13,480 bases of DNA from Myxococcales bacterium (GTDB taxonomy: Bacteria; Myxococcota_A; UBA9042), in assembly GCA_037441385.1 (NCBI GenBank), contig JBBISH010000152.1:1-13480 (forward strand). The letters are read 5' to 3'. The notes beneath the pieces were generated by a model. That model saw only the letters and a list, made by a program, of their open reading frames with translations. It was not told where the DNA came from and ran no database searches. A program made the translations under genes and the position numbers. Below are positions 1-8,464 of the stretch, piece by piece. Position 1 is the first letter of the stretch, and each line of letters begins with the position of its first letter.

Positions 1-2823
1 GGCTGCACCACTGCGCCCAACGACCTGGCCTGCACCGACAACAACGTGTGCACCGAAGGCGACGTGTGCGCGGGCGGCCAATGCGCGAGCGGGGCAAGCA
101 AGGTCTGCGACGACGGCAATCCGTGCACGACCGACGCGTGCGACGCCGCCAAAGGCTGCGGCGCCACGGCCAACAGCGACCCATGCAGCGACGGCAATGT
201 GTGCACCAAGGGCGACACCTGCAAAGACAGCGTGTGCACGCCGGGCCCCGCCTGGGACTGCGACGACGGCAACCCGTGCACGTCGGACAGCTGTGACGCC
301 CTCAAGGGGTGCCAATACGCCAACAACACAGCGCCCTGCGACGACGGCAGCGTCTGCAGCGTGGGCGACGTGTGCAGCGGCGGCGCGTGCAGCGCGGGCA
401 AGGCGCAGAGCTGCGACGACGGCAACCCCTGCACCGACGATAGCTGCGACAAAGCCAACGGCTGTCAACACAGCAACAACACTGGCAACTGCGACGACAA
501 CAACGCCTGCACCACGGGCGACAAGTGCACGGGCGGCGTGTGCGTGCCCGCCAAGCCGAGCACCTGCGACGACGGCAACCCCTGCACCACTGAGACGTGC
601 GACCCCAAAGCCGGCTGCCAGAGCGCCAACAACACCGCGCCGTGCGACGACGGCAGCGTGTGCACCACCGGCGACACCTGCGCGGCCGCAGCCTGCGTGC
701 CCGGCAAACCCGTGGTCTGCAACGACGGCAACGTCTGCACCGACGACAGCTGCGACAAATCGAGCGGCTGCCAATTCGCCGCCAACACGGCCAAGTGCGA
801 CGACAACAACGCCTGCTCGACCGGCGACGTGTGCGCCAGCGGCAAGTGCGGTTCGACCGGCGTGGTGAACTGCGACGACGGCAACGTCTGCACCGACGAC
901 TCGTGCACACCGCAGGCCGGCTGCCAGCACGCCAATAACCTGGCCGGCTGCACCGACGGCAGCGTCTGCACCGCCAGCGACCAGTGCGCCGGCGGCACGT
1001 GCACGGCGGGCGCAAAGCTGGACTGCGACGACGGCAACCCCTGCACGACCGACAGCTGCGACGCCCAAAAAGGCTGCATGCATCAGGACAACACGGGCCC
1101 CTGCGACGACGGCAACCAGTGCACCACCGGCGATGCCTGCGCGGCCGGCAAGTGCGCGACAACGGGCGTGCAGAATTGCGACGACGGCAAGGTCTGCACC
1201 GACGATGTGTGCAACCCGCAGGCTGGCTGCCAACACAACAACAACGCGGCAAGCTGCAGCGACGGCAGCGTATGCACCGTGGGCGACACCTGCAGCGGCG
1301 GGGCGTGCGTGCCCGGCAAGGCCGTGACCTGCAACGACGGCAACGTGTGCACCGACGACAGTTGCGACGCCCAGAAGGGCTGCGTGCTGACCAACAACAC
1401 CGCGAGCTGCAACGACAACAACGGCTGCACCAGCGGCGACGTCTGCGCAGGCGGCACGTGCAAGGGCACCGTCGGCTGCTCGACCAACGCGGCTTGCACG
1501 CCCGGCGCTCAGTCCGTCAGCTGCGTGTGCAACGCCGGCTACACCGGCGACGGCTTCACCTGCAACGACGTCAACGAATGCCTGACCAGCAACGGCGGCT
1601 GCGCGCAAAACTGCACGAACAAGGTGGGCAGCTACGTCTGCTCGTGCAACAGTGGCTACAGCTTGAGCGTGGACGGCAAGGGCTGCGACGACATCAACGA
1701 GTGCGTGGTGGCCATGGCGCCGTGTGGTATGAACGGGACCTGCACCAACACCACCGGCAGCTACACGTGCGGCTGCCAGGCCGGCTTTGGCGACTGCAAC
1801 AACAACGTGCTCGATGGCTGCGAAGTCAACCTCAACACATCGTTGGCGAACTGCGGCAAGTGCAATACGACCTGCTCGAGCAACAACGTCGCGCAATTGT
1901 GCATGGGCGGCGTGTGCAGCGGCGCATGTAGCCCCGGATTTGCCGACTGCAACGGCGACAAGAAGTCCGACGGCTGCGAGGTCGACACGACCCAGACCGC
2001 CAGCAGCTGCGGCGCGTGCAAACAAGTCTGTTCGAACCAGAACATCACCTCGCCCACCTGCGCGGCCAGCACCTGCAACGGCAGCTGCGACGCCGGCTAC
2101 GGCGACTGCAACGCCGACAAGCTGAGCGACGGCTGCGAGACCGACTTGGCCACGGCGACCGCCCACTGCGGCAAATGTGGCAAGGCGTGCTCGAACAACA
2201 ACATCTCGTCGCCCACCTGCTCGGGCGGCGCCTGCAACGGCACCTGCGACACGGGCTTTGCCGACTGCAACCTGGACAAATTGGCCGACGGCTGCGAGGT
2301 CAACCTCAATACCGACAGCGCCAACTGCAACGGCTGTGGCAAGGTCTGCGCCAACGGCGCGAGCTGCGTCAACGGCAGCTGCGTCGTCGACAAATTGGTG
2401 CCGGGCAACACCACGCTGGTCGTTACGCGCCAGGGCTTCAAGGTGCAGTGCAAGTCGTGGAGCGGCACGACCTGCACGGCGATGTGGGTGGCGATGCCGC
2501 TCACGGCCATCACCAACCAGGCGTCGTGCGGGGTCGACGACTTCACCAGCTTGCGGCCGGTGTGGTGGGGCAGCGCGACGGCCCAATGCGCCTCGCTCTG
2601 TTGGATCGCAACGGGGGACAGTACTTGCGTCGCCGCCAACACAAGCGGCGGCAGCTTCACCGGCGGCGGCTGGATGTACACGGGCACCTCCGTCGGCTGC
2701 GACGCGTCGGGCCGCGCGTACAGCGAAGTGGACGTGCCGGTGGTCGGCAAGCAGATCTGGTCGTTCGACAAGATTTCTTGGTCCCGCACAGGCACTTACT
2801 CGACCTACACGTGCAAGTGGTAG
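1..2823 (+). CDS. Large Cys-rich extracellular repeat protein, 5'-partial (CTDC-like repeats, EGF/cbEGF domains, Cys-rich repeats of a second type, unique C-terminal domain)
   Basis: Frame 1 is open from base 1 (GCTTAPNDLACTDNNVC...), so the GTG at 46 is not the true start. TAG at 2821-2823. Third codon positions are almost all G/C. Nine 51-aa C(D/N)DG(N/K)xCTx(D/E)xC...GC units, three EGF-like modules (including DVNEC and DINEC with CxNxxGSYxCxC), four G(F/Y)xDCNxxxxDGCE...CxxCxxxC units, then a roughly 145-aa non-repetitive C-terminus. Confidence 0.92.
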   Translation, partial: GCTTAPNDLACTDNNVCTEGDVCAGGQCASGASKVCDDGNPCTTDACDAAKGCGATANSDPCSDGNVCTKGDTCKDSVCTPGPAWDCDDGNPCTSDSCDALKGCQYANNTAPCDDGSVCSVGDVCSGGACSAGKAQSCDDGNPCTDDSCDKANGCQHSNNTGNCDDNNACTTGDKCTGGVCVPAKPSTCDDGNPCTTETCDPKAGCQSANNTAPCDDGSVCTTGDTCAAAACVPGKPVVCNDGNVCTDDSCDKSSGCQFAANTAKCDDNNACSTGDVCASGKCGSTGVVNCDDGNVCTDDSCTPQAGCQHANNLAGCTDGSVCTASDQCAGGTCTAGAKLDCDDGNPCTTDSCDAQKGCMHQDNTGPCDDGNQCTTGDACAAGKCATTGVQNCDDGKVCTDDVCNPQAGCQHNNNAASCSDGSVCTVGDTCSGGACVPGKAVTCNDGNVCTDDSCDAQKGCVLTNNTASCNDNNGCTSGDVCAGGTCKGTVGCSTNAACTPGAQSVSCVCNAGYTGDGFTCNDVNECLTSNGGCAQNCTNKVGSYVCSCNSGYSLSVDGKGCDDINECVVAMAPCGMNGTCTNTTGSYTCGCQAGFGDCNNNVLDGCEVNLNTSLANCGKCNTTCSSNNVAQLCMGGVCSGACSPGFADCNGDKKSDGCEVDTTQTASSCGACKQVCSNQNITSPTCAASTCNGSCDAGYGDCNADKLSDGCETDLATATAHCGKCGKACSNNNISSPTCSGGACNGTCDTGFADCNLDKLADGCEVNLNTDSANCNGCGKVCANGASCVNGSCVVDKLVPGNTTLVVTRQGFKVQCKSWSGTTCTAMWVAMPLTAITNQASCGVDDFTSLRPVWWGSATAQCASLCWIATGDSTCVAANTSGGSFTGGGWMYTGTSVGCDASGRAYSEVDVPVVGKQIWSFDKISWSRTGTYSTYTCKW
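106..1476 (+). repeat. Coding tandem repeat, 153-bp (51-aa) period, 9 units plus a partial unit upstream
   Basis: Units start at TGC codons from 106 to 1330, and 106+8x153=1330 exactly. Each unit has two CxDxxxC(T/S)xxDxC-type halves that resemble the Dictyostelium CTDC repeat. Units are diverged at DNA level. Confidence 0.9.
1774..2385 (+). repeat. Coding repeat, four ~52-aa Cys-rich units (CxxG[FY]xDCNxxxxxDGCE...CxxCxxxC)
   Basis: CQAGFGDCNNNVLDGCEV, CSPGFADCNGDKKSDGCEV, CDAGYGDCNADKLSDGCET and CDTGFADCNLDKLADGCEV in the translation. This repeat type is typical of myxobacterial surface proteins. Confidence 0.85.
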
Positions 2824-2995
2824 GCGCCTCGCTGCGCAACGGCCCCGCGGGTCGCGCCGGCCACCCCGCGTGGCTGCAGGCCGGGATGCAGCCTGATCCA
2901 TGTCCAACGTCAGCGGTTCATACGAACCCCGTCTGATTCGCGCCTGTACGGCTTCTCTGACCCGGTCTGCAACCGGCGAGAATCAGGCGGGGACC

Positions 2996-3038
2996 CCGGT
3001 TCGGGCCCGAAGAATTGCCCGAGTTTTCGATCCGAGTC
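2996..3038 (+). repeat. Intergenic element, copy A (candidate promoter/operator)
   Basis: 38/43 identical, ungapped, to 7094..7136. Contains the perfect palindrome TTCGGGCCCGAA (3000..3011). Ends 36 nt before the ATG at 3075. Confidence 0.8.
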
Positions 3039-3074
3039 GGACGGAACTGGTAGTAGAGGTCTGGGGGGAACCAT

Positions 3075-6000
3075 ATGCAACGTGCCCAATTTGAGGGGCC
3101 GCATCTCCAAGCGGCCGCACAAGACGAATCCGCAGGAGCCGTCCACACCGTCGCGCCGCGCGCTCTGGGGCTCCTGCCCGCGGCGACCCCCGCGTACGGC
3201 TCACGCCGCCGGGTTCGCCAACGGCCGCAACCCCAAACGAGCTTGAGATTTGGCGTGCTAGCGCTGGGCGTGGCCATACTGCTGTTCGGCGGTTGCAGCG
3301 ACCAGCCCAAGGCAACCAACACCAGCACCGGCGCTGCGGTGGATAGCAGTGTGGTCGATAGCGATGACGCCGCCGGCGCGGAAGACGCTAGCGCGATCGA
3401 AGTGGACGCTGCCAGCACGGATATCGCCGTGGCCACCGACGCAGAGGACTCGGCACCTGCAGACAGCGACAGCTCGACGGGCACCGATGCGACGCCGCAA
3501 GAGGACACGCCGATTGATAGCCAGGACGATCAAGCGATTGCAGAGGAAGCCGGTCAGGACACCGCCGACGCTGTGCCGGACACGGCCGTGGAGCCAGATA
3601 CTGCAGCGGGCGAGGTCTTGGACGACGCGGACAGCCAGGCGGACGTCGATGCGGGCCCGGCGGATGCAGCGGCCGAGGACGCCGACGCGGGCGATGCCGG
3701 TTCCGCAGACGCCGCCGACACTGTAGACGCCGCCGACACTGCGGACGCCGCAGCCGGCGATGCGGACGGTGCTGGACCGGGCGATGACGCGACCAGCAAA
3801 GACAGCGGGCCCGACGACCCCTGCAGTTGCGGCGCGGCGTGCAACGGCAAGGCGTGCAACGACGGCAGTCTATGTACCACCGACGACAAGTGTTCCGCTG
3901 GGTCGTGCGCCGGCACGCCGGTGGTCTGCGCAAACTCGGGCCCGTGCACGGTGGGCCAGTGCGAGATCGCCACGGGCAGCTGCCAAATTGTCAGCGCCAA
4001 AGACGGCTTGGCCTGCGACGACGGCAAGGTGTGCACCACCGGCGACGCCTGCAGCGCGGGCACCTGCGCGGGCAAGGCCCAAGGCTGCGACGACGGCATC
4101 GACTGCACGTTTGACACCTGCAACGGCAGCGGTTGCGTGCACTTGCTCTCGACCAAGCCGTGCGACGACGGCGACGCCTGCACCACCGGCGACCTGTGCG
4201 CCAAGGGCGCTTGCTCGGGCTTGCCGATCTTGTGCGTAGACGGCAGTCCCTGCACGGCCGACGGCTGCGACCCGGCCAAGGGCTGTGTGTTCGTGGCGAT
4301 GGTCGGCGTGGCGTGCTCGGACGGCAGCAAATGCACCACCGACGACCTGTGCAGCGGCGGCAAGTGCGTAGGCGGCCCGCCTCTGAATTGCGACGACGGC
4401 AACCCCTGCACCGCCGACACGTGCAGCCCCACCGCGGGCTGCAACCACGAGGCCGCGGCGGGCGCGTGCAAAGTGGACGCCAGCGTGGGCACTTGCGTGG
4501 CCGGGGCGTGCTGTGTCCCGCAGTGCAGCGGCAAGGCGTGCGGGCCCGATGGCTGCGGCGGCGTCTGCGGGGCGTGCGCCGCCGGCCAAACCTGCCAGCC
4601 GGATGGCACGTGCCTGGTCGACGGCTGTGCCGGCATCTCGTACCAGGGCTGCTGCGACGCCGGAGTGATCAAGTGGTGCGAAGGCGGCCTGGCCAAATCC
4701 CTCACCTGCGCCAACGCCGCGCCGGCATGCGGCTGGGACGCCGCCAACCAGTTCTACAACTGCGTCAAAGTGGCGTCGGTCGACCCCAGTGGCCTCAACG
4801 CCTACGGCTGCCCCGGCGCTACCTGCAAGGCCGCCGCATTCACCGGCTGCTGCGCCGGCCACGTCTGCGAGTACGACAGCTGCGGCAAGAAGGGCGCGCA
4901 GGTTCAGTTCTGCGCCTTTGGCTGCGACGCGGCCACGCAAAAGTGCTATGCCGACCCGTGCCAGGGCGTGCCGGCCAGTGGCGTGTGCGCGGTGGACGGC
5001 GCGTCGTACAGCTACTGCGCCGCCGGCTCGGACGGCTCGAGCGCTCAAATCCACACCGAGGCCTGCAAGCCGTACGAAACCTGCAAGGAAGTTGGCGGCA
5101 TCACCAGTTGCGCCCTCAAGGCTGGCGCGTGCGAGCCCGGCACCGCACAGTGCACTGGGGCCGACGAGTACAGCGTCTGCGACGACAAGGGCGTACCCAC
5201 CAAGTACGCCTGCCCCGGCTGCAAGACCCACTACCTTGGCACGAGTTGCCAAAAGGCCATTGAAACCACCGTGTACACGGCCACCTTTGTGTACGACTAC
5301 AAAGTGCCGGCCGGCGACCTGTCGGATTGGAGCGCTTCGGTCGCCAGCGCACCGTTGGCTTTTGCGGCGGTCTATTCGATGCACAAAGATGCCTCGGGAA
5401 CTACGCTGAGCCTGCTGGACTCGACCTACACCGACGAGCAAGGCAAGTTCTCGATCTTGGTGGCGAAAAATCCCGCGAAAGAGGACTTTGTGGCGGTAAT
5501 GGCGGCGCGGGCCAACGGCAGCCAGCAAATCGTGCTGGGCGTGGGCAACGCCGACGTGCCGGCCGGCGAAAATCAGGTCAGCAACCCCGTGCCCGCCGAC
5601 ACGTCGCACCTGTGGTCGTGGTCCGTCCCGTCGTCGAACTGGGGGACGAGCGACTCGTGGTCGATTGGCATCGCCAACGGCTCGGGCGCCGCGCGGATCT
5701 TCTCGATCATGAACGAGGTGTACGGAAAGTCCCAGCAGATCACCGGCAAGGCCGGCAAGTCCGTGGTCGCCTGGCTACACTATGGTTCGACTTGGACGTG
5801 CGGTGCGTGCTTTGGCCCGTGGAACGCCCAAGTGAACAACACCGTTTTTGACTCGCAGCTGTGGTTTGGCGCCAGCGACGCCGACGAGGCCTACTGGTCC
5901 GACGCCGTGACCGCCCACGAGATGGGCCACTGGGCGATGGCCTCGTACGGCACGTCGCCCAACGAGGGCGGCACCCACATGCTGGGCGTGCCGACCTTCT

Positions 6001-6509
6001 CGGGCCAAGCCTGGTCCGAGGGCTTTGCCACCTGGCACAGCAGCCTGGTCCGCAACAGCCCGGTATACTTCGACAAACAGGACGGCACCTTCTTCTGGTT
6101 CAACATCGACAAAGCGGTGTACAGTGGCGGTGGCCCGCTGATCGAGCCGGATCCCCAAGGCGACCTGCTGCAAAAAATGGACGAAAATCGCGTCGCGGCC
6201 ATCGTTTGGGCGCTCACCGACACCACGACGGTGCCGTACGGCGCGGCAGTCAACAACGTGCTGTTCCAGGCGCTGACCGGCCCGCACATGAATACGGCGC
6301 CCTTCCCGCGCGGCTACAAGCGCCACGTGTGGACGCTGGACACGAGCAACTACCCCCCAGTATTCAAGGATGTGGTCGAGACCAGCGAGTCGGCGCCGAT
6401 GGTGGCCGATTTCTTGGACGCACTGGCATGCCTTGGGGTCAAGTCCACCAAGTTGCAGGCCGCGGTGCAGACCTACCCATTCCCAGTTGCCGCCCCCTTG
6501 TGCCCCTAG
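3075..6509 (+). CDS. Cys-rich lipoprotein with C-terminal gluzincin-like zinc metallopeptidase domain
   Basis: Purine-rich GGGGGGAA precedes the ATG. Hydrophobic stretch ending in lipobox-like LLFGGC. Long Asp/Ala-rich linker, CDDGxxCTxxDxC repeats and a CVPQCSGKACGPDGCGGVCGAC module. HEMGH at 5916..5930 with downstream WSEGFA (Glu codon 6018..6020). The start is uncertain; TTG at 3243 would give a normal-length signal peptide. Confidence 0.88.
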   Translation: MQRAQFEGPHLQAAAQDESAGAVHTVAPRALGLLPAATPAYGSRRRVRQRPQPQTSLRFGVLALGVAILLFGGCSDQPKATNTSTGAAVDSSVVDSDDAAGAEDASAIEVDAASTDIAVATDAEDSAPADSDSSTGTDATPQEDTPIDSQDDQAIAEEAGQDTADAVPDTAVEPDTAAGEVLDDADSQADVDAGPADAAAEDADAGDAGSADAADTVDAADTADAAAGDADGAGPGDDATSKDSGPDDPCSCGAACNGKACNDGSLCTTDDKCSAGSCAGTPVVCANSGPCTVGQCEIATGSCQIVSAKDGLACDDGKVCTTGDACSAGTCAGKAQGCDDGIDCTFDTCNGSGCVHLLSTKPCDDGDACTTGDLCAKGACSGLPILCVDGSPCTADGCDPAKGCVFVAMVGVACSDGSKCTTDDLCSGGKCVGGPPLNCDDGNPCTADTCSPTAGCNHEAAAGACKVDASVGTCVAGACCVPQCSGKACGPDGCGGVCGACAAGQTCQPDGTCLVDGCAGISYQGCCDAGVIKWCEGGLAKSLTCANAAPACGWDAANQFYNCVKVASVDPSGLNAYGCPGATCKAAAFTGCCAGHVCEYDSCGKKGAQVQFCAFGCDAATQKCYADPCQGVPASGVCAVDGASYSYCAAGSDGSSAQIHTEACKPYETCKEVGGITSCALKAGACEPGTAQCTGADEYSVCDDKGVPTKYACPGCKTHYLGTSCQKAIETTVYTATFVYDYKVPAGDLSDWSASVASAPLAFAAVYSMHKDASGTTLSLLDSTYTDEQGKFSILVAKNPAKEDFVAVMAARANGSQQIVLGVGNADVPAGENQVSNPVPADTSHLWSWSVPSSNWGTSDSWSIGIANGSGAARIFSIMNEVYGKSQQITGKAGKSVVAWLHYGSTWTCGACFGPWNAQVNNTVFDSQLWFGASDADEAYWSDAVTAHEMGHWAMASYGTSPNEGGTHMLGVPTFSGQAWSEGFATWHSSLVRNSPVYFDKQDGTFFWFNIDKAVYSGGGPLIEPDPQGDLLQKMDENRVAAIVWALTDTTTVPYGAAVNNVLFQALTGPHMNTAPFPRGYKRHVWTLDTSNYPPVFKDVVETSESAPMVADFLDALACLGVKSTKLQAAVQTYPFPVAAPLCP

Positions 6510-6535
6510 CCGGCCGTCCGGGCCGAGGAGGAACC

Positions 6536-7036
6536 ATGTCGAAAGTATTGGTGATTCTAGCCGTCGTCGTCACTGGGTGGGCAAGTTGGCTGGCGACGGC
6601 CCCCGAGGCTGCGGCCACCCCTGCCAAAAGCCCGCTCAAGGTCGCCCTGACGGGCCCAGAGAAGGTGGCGGTGGGCGAGACCATCGCGGTCGTGCTGACC
6701 ATCGAGCGAATGGCGTTCCAGAACTTGGAGGTTCAATGGCAGGTCGCGCTGCCGGCGGGCGCGCGCGCGGTACCGGGCGAGCCGCAAGCTGGGGTGTTGC
6801 CGGCGGGTGCAAGGCCCAACCTGGTGCAGACTCTGCACTTGATGGTGGATGAGCTGCCCAAAGACGATCTGGTGGTCACGGTGCGGATGGCCGGCAATGG
6901 CATGGGGCTGCAGAGCAAGGCGACCTATCGCTTTGGCCGGACAGCACCTGTGGGGCCGCGACCGAGCCCGGTACCGGTGCCTGGGAAGGTGAACGGCAAG
7001 AAGATTGGTGCCACGATTCCGCTGCCGGCGCGCTAG
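6536..7036 (+). CDS. Small secreted protein (166 aa), probable Ig-like beta-sandwich
   Basis: Strong RBS GAGGAGG before ATG 6536, 26 nt after the peptidase stop. N-terminus MSKVLVILAVVVTGWASWLATAPEAAA looks like a signal peptide. Alternating hydrophobic beta-strand pattern (LKVALTGP, IAVVLTIE, VQWQVALP, LVVTVRM). Pro/Lys-rich tail. Confidence 0.85.
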   Translation: MSKVLVILAVVVTGWASWLATAPEAAATPAKSPLKVALTGPEKVAVGETIAVVLTIERMAFQNLEVQWQVALPAGARAVPGEPQAGVLPAGARPNLVQTLHLMVDELPKDDLVVTVRMAGNGMGLQSKATYRFGRTAPVGPRPSPVPVPGKVNGKKIGATIPLPAR

Positions 7037-7093
7037 CGCCACCAAAGGCGGGCGCGTCCGACGTGGTCGACGGCGCGCTCTGGGATGCGAACA

Positions 7094-7136
7094 CCGGTTC
7101 GGACCCGAAGAATCGCCGGAGTTTTCGAGCCGACTC
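7094..7136 (+). repeat. Intergenic element, copy B
   Basis: 38/43 identical to 2996..3038, same orientation. TTCGG-AC-CCGAA at 7098..7109. Lies between convergent stop codons (7036 and 7181). Confidence 0.8.
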
Positions 7137-7149
7137 AAGCGGATTCCGT

Positions 7150-7173
7150 ATTACTGACCGAATGTTCAGTAAT
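7150..7173. promoter_or_regulatory. Inverted repeat ATTACTGA-N8-TCAGTAAT (operator-like; weak hairpin alternative)
   Basis: Perfect 8-bp arms at 7150..7157 and 7166..7173, AT-rich in a GC-rich context. Function is inferred only. Confidence 0.45.
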
Positions 7174-7180
7174 TGGTCGT

Positions 7181-8449
7181 CTAACTCGCTGCCCGGGCGG
7201 TTGCGTCCTTGGCCAGGCGGTAACCCTTGCCGTGAACGCTCTCGATGGTGTCGCGCGGTATTTCGGCGTCGGCCAAGTCGTCGCGCAAACGCTGGAGCAG
7301 CGCTTGCAGGCGGATGTGCGCCGACTGCCCCTGGTAGCCCAGAGCCGCCGCCAGGTCGGCGCGACTCGCTACGCCGGGGTGGGCCGCCGCCAGGGCCAGG
7401 ATCAATTTGGCGCGATCGCCTTCTAGGAAGATGGACTTGCCGCCAGTCGGGGAGCCCACTGCGAGTTCCGCGGCAGCCACGCGCCGCTGGGCCAGGACCT
7501 GCTCTGCGTCCGCACACTTGCGCAAGTAGCGGCCGGGCTCGCCGTCCAACATGCGGGGCTGACCGGCCTCGCTCCAGTCGCTCCAAGCCAAGCCGCTGCG
7601 CAGCAATTCCAGCTCCGCCTGCGGCGCCAGGTCCGCGCCGGCCGTTTTTCCTGGCTGCCAATTCGGCGGCAGCTGCGCCAGGGTCCCAGACTTGCGAAGA
7701 TCGCGAACAGCGCGTTCCACTGCCGGCATCCCGACTTGCGCGAGGTAGCGGGACAGCAGTTGCGCCTGCTCGGCCAGAGCATCGGGAGCGTCCTTGCGCA
7801 CGGGCGAGGTGACGGCCGTGGCCAACTGGCCGACCACGCTGGGATGGCCGCCAGCGGCGCTCAACATCGCAGTGCCCCAGGAAGGCAAGTGCTGCAACCC
7901 CCGATCGGAACTCAAGGCGTCTCGGTAGCTGGCAAGGTCGTCGGCGATGCGAAGGTGGACGCTGGGGATCTGCGCAACGGGGACCAGCAACTCGTTGCGG
8001 CAGCGCAGAGCCAACGCCGAGCTGTCGTCCAGCCGCCACCGACTGCACAGGTCATTCAGCGAGATCGTGGCGGTCATCGCCACCCAGTGCCCCCCATCCG
8101 CCGTCTCGGCAAACAGCTTGTTGATGCTGGAACTGGCCTGCCTGCCGTCCATATGATCCACGTCGTCGATCAGGATGCACGAGGGCTCGGCGGGCATTGG
8201 CACGCCGGCGGGACTCCGGCGACCGCTGGCACGGAAGACCGGCCGCCCCTGTTTCGCCAGCTCGCGCTCAAGCCAGTACAACAGGCTGGATTTTCCGATG
8301 CCGCGTCCGCCAAATGCGAGCAGGCGCAACCCATCGCCAGCCGAGACCCGGGCCAGTTCGGCCTCGACAAAATCCGGAAAAGCGCAATAGGGCGGCTGCA
8401 GGCTCGGCCGCTGCTCCTGCTTGCCTGGCGACGATTCACCCGCACTCAT
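7181..8449 (-). CDS. STAND-like P-loop ATPase with C-terminal OmpR/PhoB-type winged-helix DNA-binding domain
   Basis: RBS GGAGG 5 nt before the ATG. Walker A GGRGIGKS (aa 47-54), Walker B ILIDDVD, STAND-type GxP motif AAGGHP. C-terminal ~85 aa (7438..7184) SRADLAAALG...LQALLQRLRDDL...IESVHGKGYRL matches the Trans_reg_C pattern. No receiver domain seen. Confidence 0.85.
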   Translation of the reverse strand: MSAGESSPGKQEQRPSLQPPYCAFPDFVEAELARVSAGDGLRLLAFGGRGIGKSSLLYWLERELAKQGRPVFRASGRRSPAGVPMPAEPSCILIDDVDHMDGRQASSSINKLFAETADGGHWVAMTATISLNDLCSRWRLDDSSALALRCRNELLVPVAQIPSVHLRIADDLASYRDALSSDRGLQHLPSWGTAMLSAAGGHPSVVGQLATAVTSPVRKDAPDALAEQAQLLSRYLAQVGMPAVERAVRDLRKSGTLAQLPPNWQPGKTAGADLAPQAELELLRSGLAWSDWSEAGQPRMLDGEPGRYLRKCADAEQVLAQRRVAAAELAVGSPTGGKSIFLEGDRAKLILALAAAHPGVASRADLAAALGYQGQSAHIRLQALLQRLRDDLADAEIPRDTIESVHGKGYRLAKDATARAAS

Positions 8450-8464
8450 CTTTGCCTCCGTGCG

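Noticed and set aside
106..1476. Regularly spaced repeats as a possible CRISPR array
   Set aside because: The period is 153 bp, in frame and degenerate at third positions, so it is a protein repeat; no cas genes are present.
2824..2880. GC-rich short stems after the first gene as an intrinsic terminator
   Set aside because: Only short or imperfect stems and no following U-tract.
48..2936. Many alternative-frame and antisense ORFs over the first gene (and likewise over 3258..6326 and 7063..11739)
   Set aside because: Arg/Ala/Pro-rich shadow ORFs expected from high GC and strong codon bias; they overlap better-supported genes and show no recognisable motifs.
2900..3094. Small ORF sharing TPVRxRRIAxVFxP with ORF 7085..7426
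   Set aside because: The similarity only reflects the DNA repeat; four of the five differences within the 43 bp are non-synonymous in this frame, so there is no sign of coding constraint.
3195..3225. SRRRV as a twin-arginine (Tat) signal in the peptidase
   Set aside because: Lacks the xFL/K consensus, sits well upstream of the hydrophobic stretch, and the start codon itself is uncertain.
5861..6535. N-terminal 225 aa of the 391-aa ORF 5861..7036
   Set aside because: Overlaps the peptidase catalytic domain in another frame. The real start is ATG 6536, which has a strong RBS and a signal peptide.
7179..7185. GTCTAAC, an integron attC-like core heptamer
   Set aside because: No matching partner site or attC-like fold was found nearby, the orientation is wrong for the adjacent gene, and there is no integrase in the window.
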